This document shows positions 1-6,804 of a stretch of DNA of 12,880 nucleotides, piece after piece. Numbering within the stretch: position 1 is the stretch's first letter; each line of letters opens with the position of its first letter. The notes beneath the pieces are model-generated. The model was not told the DNA's origin. It did no database searches and saw nothing but the letters and a program-made list of their open reading frames with translations. Origin of the DNA: Candidatus Micrarchaeota archaeon (GTDB taxonomy: Archaea > Micrarchaeota > Micrarchaeia > Norongarragalinales > UBA8480); NCBI GenBank assembly GCA_043805855.1, contig JAZDHP010000004.1:1-12880 (forward strand), written 5' to 3'. A program made the translations under genes and the position numbers.

Positions 1-161
1 CGTTTCTCGCGATTAAATTACTATTCGCAGTTGCGGTTGTCTATGTGTTGCGCCGCGAGAAAGTATCTGTCAACGAAAACACATTCATTGCACTTGTAAT
101 TACAATTTTCGGCCTAGCGCCGGGGCTAAGAGATGCGTTGAGATTACTTTTTGGCGTCTAG
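1..161 (+). CDS. DUF63 family membrane protein, 3' end (partial)
   Basis: Frame from nt 3 reads FLAIKLLFAVAVVYVLRREKVSVNENTFIALVITIFGLAPGLRDALRLLFGV* (TAG 159-161): two hydrophobic helices and the GLAPGxRDxLRxxxGV C-terminus typical of archaeal DUF63. Not in the ORF track. Confidence 0.8.
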   Translation, partial: FLAIKLLFAVAVVYVLRREKVSVNENTFIALVITIFGLAPGLRDALRLLFGV

Positions 162-170
162 AGCTTTAAA

Positions 171-422
171 CTATTCTGGTGCTGGTTGTTCCCCTTGTGG
201 TTGGCCAACTGGGATCTCTACAAAGCGAACTTGGTCGCCGCCAGCTGAGTAAATTACTCTAATTACTCCGGAAACCATATTGTTGTCGTTAAGCTTGTCC
301 ATGAATCCGAGGGTAGTGTCTTCTTTTACGCCAACTGCGCCTTCAAAAACAGCGTCGACTGGCGTAAAGCCGGCTTTTTTCAAAGCGTCGATAACTGTTA
401 AAACTTCTTCTTTTATTTTCAT
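171..422 (-). CDS. Hypothetical protein (83 aa)
   Basis: ATG start with a GGAGAG SD-like sequence upstream; converges on DUF63 with a 9-nt gap; no family recognised. Confidence 0.7.
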   Translation of the reverse strand: MKIKEEVLTVIDALKKAGFTPVDAVFEGAVGVKEDTTLGFMDKLNDNNMVSGVIRVIYSAGGDQVRFVEIPVGQPQGEQPAPE

Positions 423-462
423 TTATTTTTACACTCTCCATTAAACGGTATTAAATGCATTA

Positions 463-481
463 CCGAAACCATATTTAAATA
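463..481. promoter_or_regulatory. Putative BRE/TATA promoter between divergent genes
   Basis: CCGAAA (463-468) precedes TTTAAATA (474-481); TTTAAATAT is also read on the minus strand, about 50 nt upstream of the 422 start. Confidence 0.45.
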
Positions 482-489
482 GTTATCCT

Positions 490-628
490 ATAGCACTATG
501 CAAAAGTGGTTTTGTAGAGGCGGCATAGTGCTATCAGCACAACGCAAAGCGTTGTGTCTGAATCATCGCCAGCAGGCGATGTTCAATTGCAATGTGCGTA
601 AAACATTTGAGAAATTTTAGCACATTGC
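490..628 (-). repeat. Intergenic multi-hairpin element, copy A (core 534-585, inverted relative to B and C)
   Basis: Four consecutive stems: ATAGCACTATGC 490-501/GCATAGTGCTAT 523-534; CACAACGC 538-545/GCGTTGTG 549-556; CATCGCC 564-570/GGCGATG 575-581; GCAATGTGC 589-597/GCACATTGC 620-628. The reverse complement of 534-585 matches the B/C core. Confidence 0.75.
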
Positions 629-658
629 TATAAAACATGTGAGTCAAGGTAATTTACA

Positions 659-1171
659 ATGAAAAAACTTAAAATAAAACAAACAAAAACAGCAAAGTCA
701 AAATCCACCAAGCTAAAACATATGACAAAGCAGGACGATGCTAAGGAAATGAAAGAAGTTGATGCTAAAGTTAAAGCCGAAGGCGAGAAAGACGTTGGCC
801 AGCCGGCGTTGAAATTATGCCCGCGTTGTGGGTCAATGGACCTCGGGTTTAGAAGAATTGATATTCCCGGGTTTGCGCCTGAATTGCAAGTTTGTAACCG
901 CTGTGGTTTTCGCAGTGAAGCAGCTGTTGAAGTTAGGCCAATTGAATACTTTGAAGAAGTTGAAGACGAAGAGAGTAAATTGCAAATTGAAGAAATTGAA
1001 AAACGCCTACAACGCGCCGGTATTGGAAAAATAATTGACCCAAAGTTAAAGAAAAAGCTAGGTGAAAAAAGCAAGCCAAAGGCTAAACTTAAAATTAAAC
1101 TAGTTCCAACGAAAGTTACAAAGAAGCAACCGACTAAAGTTAAATCGAAACCAGCGAAAAAGAAACGCTAG
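659..1171 (+). CDS. Zn-ribbon protein with lysine-rich N- and C-terminal tails
   Basis: CPRCGS...CNRCG (two CxxC pairs), an acidic patch EEVEDEE and highly basic low-complexity ends; AAGGT SD-like sequence upstream. Confidence 0.75.
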   Translation: MKKLKIKQTKTAKSKSTKLKHMTKQDDAKEMKEVDAKVKAEGEKDVGQPALKLCPRCGSMDLGFRRIDIPGFAPELQVCNRCGFRSEAAVEVRPIEYFEEVEDEESKLQIEEIEKRLQRAGIGKIIDPKLKKKLGEKSKPKAKLKIKLVPTKVTKKQPTKVKSKPAKKKR

Positions 1172-1176
1172 GTTCC

Positions 1177-1275
1177 CGTTGGTTCAGTAAGTGAGCACAA
1201 GCTAAGCGCTTGTGACTCAGTCACAAACGCCGCGGTGTTTGTGCTGAGGCCGCGGTGGGGGCCCTTGAGCGAACG
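1177..1275 (+). repeat. Intergenic multi-hairpin element, copy B (core 1192-1247)
   Basis: TGAG-CACAAGC(1196-1202)/GCTTGTG(1208-1214)-A-CTCAG-T-CACAAACGCC(1222-1231)/GGTGTTTGTG(1234-1243)-CTGAG; central 17-nt palindrome TTGTGACTCAGTCACAA at 1210-1226; possible enclosing stem 1177-1186/1266-1275. Confidence 0.8.
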
Positions 1276-1337
1276 CCTTTTAAACTTTGCAATCCTTTGT
1301 TTTAGCACTAGAAAGTATTTTTGAGAGGGATTTATTT

Positions 1338-1601
1338 ATGCCAAAATATGCAATTGCAAAACAACTAGCTGGAAAGCGAATAATCACAACTGACGGCGAA
1401 GAACTCGGCCGCATTGTTGACCTGTACGTAAACGAGCTAAATGGAAAACTCGAAAGCGTCATTGTTGAACCAAACCCAGAATCTTCACTTGGGATAAAAG
1501 CTGGCCCCGAAGGAGTTATAACAATTCCTTACAGTTCAGTTCTCGACGTCAAAGACGTAATGGTAGTTGACCGACGCGGACTAGCAGCACAAACTGCTTA
1601 A
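1338..1601 (+). CDS. PRC-barrel domain protein (87 aa; CdpB-like possible)
   Basis: AKQLAGKRIITTDGEELGRIVDLYVNELNGKLESVIV...IPYSSVLDVKDVMVV is the PRC-barrel pattern. Start moved to ATG 1338 because GAGGGA lies just upstream and a TTTTAAAC TATA-like box is at about 1278-1285. Confidence 0.9.
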   Translation: MPKYAIAKQLAGKRIITTDGEELGRIVDLYVNELNGKLESVIVEPNPESSLGIKAGPEGVITIPYSSVLDVKDVMVVDRRGLAAQTA

Positions 1602-1604
1602 ATA

Positions 1605-1695
1605 GTTTCTAATTTTTCTTTTTTCTTTATTTTTTATTTTCTTTATTTTTCTCTTTTCTTTAATTCTTTTTTTACCGTGGCTTTTTGTTAGTTTT
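1605..1695 (+). terminator. Long oligo-T/pyrimidine tract, archaeal-type terminator region
   Basis: About 90 nt of repeated T-runs directly after the PRC-barrel stop codon. Confidence 0.55.
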
Positions 1696-1758
1696 TAAAC
1701 TTTCTCTGCTTTACGTTTACTAATTAAATTTGTTAAGTAATGACTGAGGCGCTTTTGT

Positions 1759-2142
1759 ATGTTGTCGACGATTTTGAAAGAAATTCACAAAGTTTCTACA
1801 ATTAGCAGAATAAAAGTCGAAGGTGCTAAGAGTTTTGTTAGGGGTTCTGGAAAGAGCTCTGCGCAGTTAATTACGCTTGTATTAGACGCTTATGACGATA
1901 AACCATTTATGCACACTATTGCTTCGGGATTAAAAGCAAAAGGGTTTGTTATATTGAGCGGCGGCAAAGCTCAACTTCCATCTGTTAAAGTAGCAAAAGA
2001 TGGCCGCGCGATGTTGCTAGTGAGAACTGCTCCGGATTTAATTCAAGTATCGCTGTGCAATGCGCCCGACCAAAAAGATAAAACATTTACTGAAGAAGAA
2101 ATAGCAGAAGCGCACAGTACGTTAACCAAATTAAGAAGCTAG
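1759..2142 (+). CDS. Hypothetical protein (127 aa)
   Basis: ATG with GAGG upstream; stop overlaps the convergent NFACT stop by 4 nt; no family recognised. Confidence 0.65.
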   Translation: MLSTILKEIHKVSTISRIKVEGAKSFVRGSGKSSAQLITLVLDAYDDKPFMHTIASGLKAKGFVILSGGKAQLPSVKVAKDGRAMLLVRTAPDLIQVSLCNAPDQKDKTFTEEEIAEAHSTLTKLRS

Positions 2143-3263
2143 TTTTGCAATTCTAGTTCTACTTTTCCACTTTTTGCTTTTACTTCTTTTATTTTGTTCA
2201 TTTTTTCTGTTTCCTTTTTTTCAATAAACGACGCTAATTGTTTTTCAATTTCTTTCTCGCTTTTCTTTTCCTTTGTTAATTGCGCTGCAGTTTCAAGGAG
2301 TTCCTCGTAAAATTCGTAGTTGTTTTGCAATTCCTCTGCAATTTCCGTGTTTTCTTTTTCTACTTTTTTAAATTCTTCAAGCGCTTTACGCTGTGATTCT
2401 AAACGGTTTGCAGTTTTGCTCGTTGCTATTCTTGTACCTTTTTCTTTTTCCGTCTCCTTTTCTACTTTTGGTGCGCTGGCGTAGTAAAATTCCAACGCCT
2501 GCGAGAATGTTTCAAATGTTTTTTCTTCCATTTCTCCAAAACGTTTTAGTTTAGTGAAGGAAAATGCAGTTGGAATTCCATCTTTAAGGTAAACAGTCGG
2601 CGCGCATTCGCTGCTAATGTTTTTTAATTCCTTTAGTACTTCTTGTTTTTGCTTTTCGCTTAATTCCGTTATTTCGAGTGGTGCTTTTGTGCGTTGAAGT
2701 GCCTCTTCAATGTAAAATGGAGGAATGTTCGCCACGCCGGAAATTGCAGCGACTGTTTTACCAAGTGGTTTGAAATCGCTAGGCGTTAATCTGTCAAGAT
2801 TTTTCTTCGCTGGCGGTAAAACGTATTGTTCTTTTGGTTTTAGTGAACGCGACGCATATGATTCTCTTTTTAGCAAATCAACAATTTTTCCATCTTTTAA
2901 CAATAGTGCGTTTCCCTTGGCAAATAACTCAAAAACTAGCGAAAAGTTATCGCCGTTACGTTGCTTAAATTCAAAACTCACAACCCGGTCGTTGTTAAGT
3001 TGTTTTACTTCGCTTAGGTTGCTATTTTCTAGCCATTTGCGTATGATCATTGCGAATTGCGGCGGGGTTTCTTTTGTCTCTGGTGAATTTTCTGCAACAT
3101 AAAGTCGATCGCTATAAGCGACGATGTTAACTGTTCCTTTTTTCCTTAACTTCAATAAGCAACTTCCGTCTTGGCAGATGTAAAACTTGTCAAAAAACGC
3201 TCCGCTGTACGCGTTCAATTCGCGTGCTATCGCGCTGTAATCCCAGTTTCCCATTGATTGCAT
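2139..3263 (-). CDS. rqcH: NFACT family (Rqc2/RqcH/FbpA-like) protein, N-terminal part only
   Basis: NFACT-N motifs: D in MGNWDYSAIAREL, PPQFAMIIRKWL, QLNNDRVVSFEF (DR motif), FELFAKGNALL, RSLKPKEQYVLPP; then HhH-like region, FETFSQALEFYY and coiled coil. No NFACT-R domain. Confidence 0.88.
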   Translation of the reverse strand: MQSMGNWDYSAIARELNAYSGAFFDKFYICQDGSCLLKLRKKGTVNIVAYSDRLYVAENSPETKETPPQFAMIIRKWLENSNLSEVKQLNNDRVVSFEFKQRNGDNFSLVFELFAKGNALLLKDGKIVDLLKRESYASRSLKPKEQYVLPPAKKNLDRLTPSDFKPLGKTVAAISGVANIPPFYIEEALQRTKAPLEITELSEKQKQEVLKELKNISSECAPTVYLKDGIPTAFSFTKLKRFGEMEEKTFETFSQALEFYYASAPKVEKETEKEKGTRIATSKTANRLESQRKALEEFKKVEKENTEIAEELQNNYEFYEELLETAAQLTKEKKSEKEIEKQLASFIEKKETEKMNKIKEVKAKSGKVELELQN

Positions 3264-3266
3264 TTG

Positions 3267-3986
3267 TTATTTCGCCGCCGTTTTTCTTTCCATTTTTTCC
3301 AATACTTTTATTGCGTGTTCGTTGGTTAGTTTGCTTTTCAACAGTTTAATATTTTCTTCTAAGTTGCCAGGAACGTTGTGCAACCAGTTTGTTAAGTGGT
3401 TAGAATAATCTGGGGTAAGTTCTCTATCTTTTTCAAAATGCATTCCATAAAAGTCAAAGTCAGTTACCATTATCTTTTTGCCTGTTTTTGTTGGTACGAC
3501 GTTTATACTATCTGGCGCTGGCAAAATTCCTGCATTTGTAATCTTTGCGATTACATCTAGCAATTCACGTCGGTTTTTTTCTTTATTGAAATGCGCTTTC
3601 AGCGCAGAGTTCATTTTGAAACCTGTTGGATTTCCCCGCCTTGGTTGGAATTGCAATATTGGTTCAAACTTACTGCCTCTAGCTGTCGCGCCGTAAACCG
3701 CGCTAACTTGGACCCAGTTTCCTTCATGTTTAACGAAGCCAACTTTTGGCATTGGCGCGCCTACCCTTCGTAGGTTTTCAAGAGTTTGTCGATAAGCTCG
3801 TATGACTTCGTCAGTGACTTGCCAACCTGGATGAAACTTTTTAACCGCAACTCTCAATGGTTTTTTTCCCTTGAACCAAATTCTTCCATGGTAAACTGTG
3901 CCGAAGGCACCTTGTCCGATTTCTTTATCACTAACAACTAGTCGCTTCACTTCACTTGCGGTTTTCCATTCAATTTTTGCGGGCAT
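3267..3986 (-). CDS. Atypical protein kinase-like protein
   Basis: Gly loop IGQGAFGTVYHG, VAVKK lysine, PKV strand, candidate catalytic loop ILPAPDSINV and Mg-binding VTDFD. Confidence 0.8.
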   Translation of the reverse strand: MPAKIEWKTASEVKRLVVSDKEIGQGAFGTVYHGRIWFKGKKPLRVAVKKFHPGWQVTDEVIRAYRQTLENLRRVGAPMPKVGFVKHEGNWVQVSAVYGATARGSKFEPILQFQPRRGNPTGFKMNSALKAHFNKEKNRRELLDVIAKITNAGILPAPDSINVVPTKTGKKIMVTDFDFYGMHFEKDRELTPDYSNHLTNWLHNVPGNLEENIKLLKSKLTNEHAIKVLEKMERKTAAK

Positions 3987-4018
3987 TTTACTTTTCTCTC
4001 TTTTTTCTTGCCTTTCTT

Positions 4019-4747
4019 TTATTTTCTCGCTTTTCTTTCTTCTTTTCTCTGTTCAAGTACGTATTTTGCTGCGCGCGCTAACCTTCGAATTGGGCTTGCG
4101 GTTATTTGCTTGTGAATTTCTTCAGCTAGTTTGCGCGAAATATCCGGGTGTAAATATTTTTCTTGGCCTGGTGTTTTAAGCCCAGCTACTCGAAGTTGGT
4201 TATTTGTTCTCATGTTTATAACTAGTGTTTTCTTTTCGTTGGCCGTTAGTTCATTTCCATCTAAAAGTGCCATTGCTTCCCTCGCGTAGCCATTTGCAAC
4301 TAGCTTTTCAAGTGTGCGTTCAAGTACATCTTGGTAAAGTGCTGGCACTTCTACAATGAAACCGTTACTTCCAACGTGTGCAACTGCTAGCTCTGCAGCA
4401 GATGTTAATGCCTTTCCTACATTAAAGTCTCTAGGTTGTTTTGTAGTTGCTTTTCCCATTTTGTTTGCAGGGGTAGAATGAAAGTTTACAACTGGCGTTC
4501 CAAAGGCCAGTGCTGCTTGCTGTGCTAGTAAGTTGCTGTTAAGTGGTTCCCTCGCTAATTTTAAAAGCGTTTCTTTCATTGGCCTATCTTCTCTCAATTT
4601 GCCATAGCTAGTTGTGTGTAGTGGCACTTTTTCAAAAATAACTTTGTGCCCATATTCTCTTCTTAAAATCTCAGCAACTTTCCTCGCGTGGTAACTAGCA
4701 ACCACTTCCGTCGGGTGCTCTCCAATTATGAAAGTAACTTCTGCCAT
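4019..4747 (-). CDS. Putative M14/AstE-like zinc hydrolase, paralog A
   Basis: IIGEHPTEVVA (HxxE), PVVNFHS (third Zn ligand), FIVEVPA (catalytic-Glu position); clearly paralogous to 6041-6778. CDS is solid; the family call is motif-based. Confidence 0.65.
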   Translation of the reverse strand: MAEVTFIIGEHPTEVVASYHARKVAEILRREYGHKVIFEKVPLHTTSYGKLREDRPMKETLLKLAREPLNSNLLAQQAALAFGTPVVNFHSTPANKMGKATTKQPRDFNVGKALTSAAELAVAHVGSNGFIVEVPALYQDVLERTLEKLVANGYAREAMALLDGNELTANEKKTLVINMRTNNQLRVAGLKTPGQEKYLHPDISRKLAEEIHKQITASPIRRLARAAKYVLEQRKEERKARK

Positions 4748-4749
4748 GT

Positions 4750-5373
4750 TTACTTCACGTTTCGTATTTTTTCAAGCGTTTCTTTTTTCCATTGACTGAT
4801 TTGTTTGAACGTTTTGCCAACATAATGGCTGTCCTTGTTGTCGAACTCACGTATTACTCTAGTTAGTTCAATAAGTAAATGAAGTTTACTGTGTTTTTTC
4901 AAAGTTTTAAAATATTCTTCTAAATCTACAGCGTAAAGTAAAAGGGAAATGATGTCAATTGCATCTTTCTTTCCTTTTATAGTATTTTTACGGTCGCGTT
5001 CAGCACCTTGCTTTAAAATAAGTAGGTTCTCGGCAGATATGGTTTTGACGCCGTTTATAACTACTGTATTTTCAAGCAGGATTTCAACTGGAAGTTCTAA
5101 CTTTGAATAATGTGGCACGTAAATATCCATGTCAAACTGTTCAAATTTTACTTCATACTTGTTCAATCGATCGTTTTTTGCTAGGTTAAACGTTGCCCGA
5201 AGCTTTTCAAGCGAAGTGTAGTCAACAACTACATCAATATCCTTTGATTTATGCTGCTTAGTCCACAAGTACACTGCCCAGCCGCCAATCACAGTAACGT
5301 CGAACTCCTTGGCTATTTCTAGGAGTTTCTCCCAAGATTTTACAGTCACTATTTCATTCCAATATTCGCTCAT
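4750..5373 (-). CDS. Nucleotidyltransferase, AbiEii/MenT-like (type IV TA toxin)
   Basis: VIGGWAV...SKDIDVVV (GG..SxDxD), MDIY, and LLILKQGAERDR...KGKKDAIDI (K..R..KDxxD) are the AbiEii-like NTase motifs. Confidence 0.8.
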   Translation of the reverse strand: MSEYWNEIVTVKSWEKLLEIAKEFDVTVIGGWAVYLWTKQHKSKDIDVVVDYTSLEKLRATFNLAKNDRLNKYEVKFEQFDMDIYVPHYSKLELPVEILLENTVVINGVKTISAENLLILKQGAERDRKNTIKGKKDAIDIISLLLYAVDLEEYFKTLKKHSKLHLLIELTRVIREFDNKDSHYVGKTFKQISQWKKETLEKIRNVK

Positions 5374-5951
5374 TTGAGTTTTTCACCCAGTGCGTTTAGA
5401 AAGTCTCTAGCGTACCAGCCGCTTGCGTTCCAAAGGTCAACAAACAACAAATTAGTCGCGGCTATTGAGCCACTTGTCGTACTTGCTATAGTGTCGTTTG
5501 CTTTTAGTAAGTATAAATTCTTTGCGCCTTTTTTTTCTGGAAACCGGCGTTTAATTTCAGCTAGCTGTTCTTCTGTACAATACGCATAGACTTCGCTATA
5601 GTCAGCAGGCACGTCGTCGAACTTGAACTTGTACCCACTGAACGCCGTGAATATAACGTTTGAAGGAAGCGAATTTTCAATTTCCTTTACGCCGCTAGCA
5701 ACGCACGTAGAGTATAGCACATCTTTATCAAGTTTCCGAATAGTTGCCCAGTACGTGCGAATTTTCTCTTGGTCAATTACGCGTAACTCGCGAGGCTTAA
5801 CATCAACCGCGTGCATTTTTCTCAACGGCAGCAGCGCGTTGTTAACTGTACTAAGCGAAATGTCCAAAGCATTTGCTATTCCATCTTGGGTTATTTTTCC
5901 AGTTTTGTATTTTTCCAAAATATAGAGGTAAACCTCTTCCTTACGTTTCAT
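5370..5951 (-). CDS. Winged-HTH protein, AbiEi-like antitoxin/regulator
   Basis: N-terminal HTH TQDGIANALDISLSTVNNAL; DQEKIRTYWA, FTAFSGY, VYAY and LFVDLWN pattern; ATGA overlap with the NTase gene. Confidence 0.75.
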   Translation of the reverse strand: MKRKEEVYLYILEKYKTGKITQDGIANALDISLSTVNNALLPLRKMHAVDVKPRELRVIDQEKIRTYWATIRKLDKDVLYSTCVASGVKEIENSLPSNVIFTAFSGYKFKFDDVPADYSEVYAYCTEEQLAEIKRRFPEKKGAKNLYLLKANDTIASTTSGSIAATNLLFVDLWNASGWYARDFLNALGEKLK

Positions 5952-5953
5952 AC

Positions 5954-6015
5954 TTTCGAAAAAGAAAGAAACAGCTATTTAAACGTTTCGATAATTATCG
6001 AAAGTTATATTTCGA
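5954..6015 (-). promoter_or_regulatory. Promoter and palindromic operator of the wHTH-NTase pair
   Basis: Minus-strand TTTAAATA (5976-5983) about 25 nt upstream of ATG 5951; perfect 18-bp palindrome TTTCGATAATTATCGAAA 5986-6003; further TTTCGA units at 5954 (TTTCGAAA) and 6010. Confidence 0.7.
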
Positions 6016-6040
6016 GGGAACAGGGGGCATTCTTTTGAGT

Positions 6041-6778
6041 TTACTTTGTCTTTTTCCTTTCTTTCAACTGCGTAATTTTGTATTTAGCTGCACGCGCTAG
6101 TCTTCGAATAGGATCCGCAGTTATTTGCTTGTGAATTTCTTCTGCTAATTTTCGTGAAATATCTTCATGTAAATACTTTTCCTGTCTTATTGTCCCGAGT
6201 TTTGTTGCTTCTGCGTGGTAAGTTGGGTTAAGCAGCTTTGCTATTGCTAGGTAATGTTCTTTAGATTTGCCTTTAAGCAGCGCTCTTGTTTTTTGTACTA
6301 TCTCTGCTAATTCTTTGACTTTAAGTTTCATAGGTATTGGCGCATAAACTGCAGGCATTTCTACGAGAAAGGCGTTTTCGCTTGTCTTTGTAACAATCAA
6401 TTCTTTTTCCATTTGTCGGTCTTGTGGCATGCGTCGGCCAATTTGAAATTCAGGTGGCTCCTTTCTCCTAGCATGTCTAAATGCAGTATCTTGCGATGCA
6501 TGAAAGTTAAACACTGGACACCTTGCTTTTTTTGCTGTGTCCCTTACAATTCCTACTGAGCCTCCGCCAGTTGCAAGGTTCATCAATTCTAAAGCCTTTT
6601 CCTCTGGAGTCATTTTTTCATTGCGCAGTAGCCCGAAAATAGTGTATTGAGGTGGAAGTTTAATTGTTAGTATATCGTGTCCGTATTTCCTGCGCAAAAT
6701 CGCAGCTACTCTCCGGCAGTGTACTCCGGCTACAACTTCAGTTGGATGTTCATTCCACAATAAAACCGCGCGTGCCAT
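6041..6778 (-). CDS. Putative M14/AstE-like zinc hydrolase, paralog B
   Basis: LLWNEHPTEVVA, PVFNFHA, FLVEMPAVY; shares QEKYLHxDISRKLAEEIHKQITAxPIRRLARAAKY with paralog A. Confidence 0.65.
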   Translation of the reverse strand: MARAVLLWNEHPTEVVAGVHCRRVAAILRRKYGHDILTIKLPPQYTIFGLLRNEKMTPEEKALELMNLATGGGSVGIVRDTAKKARCPVFNFHASQDTAFRHARRKEPPEFQIGRRMPQDRQMEKELIVTKTSENAFLVEMPAVYAPIPMKLKVKELAEIVQKTRALLKGKSKEHYLAIAKLLNPTYHAEATKLGTIRQEKYLHEDISRKLAEEIHKQITADPIRRLARAAKYKITQLKERKKTK

Positions 6779-6804
6779 TTTGTATCAGCAACTTTTGCTA
6801 AGAT

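Noticed and set aside
1172..1278. tRNA gene or tRNA half in the GC-rich cloverleaf-like gap
   Set aside because: No TTCRA T-loop, D-loop GG or 7-nt anticodon loop at the right spacing on either strand.
628..6100. Antisense and alternate-frame ORFs (628-1074, 828-1034, 1280-1462, 2725-3102, 3478-3696, 3591-3773, 3898-4179, 5374-5589, 5623-5925, 5811-6038, 5873-6100)
   Set aside because: They overlap better-supported genes, mostly with the F/S/L-rich composition of shadow frames, and show no motifs.
4061..6184. Direct-repeat ends or target-site duplication of a mobile element, or a DGR template/variable repeat pair
   Set aside because: Both copies are in-frame coding sequence differing mostly at synonymous sites, not specifically at adenines; no integrase, transposase or reverse transcriptase in the window.
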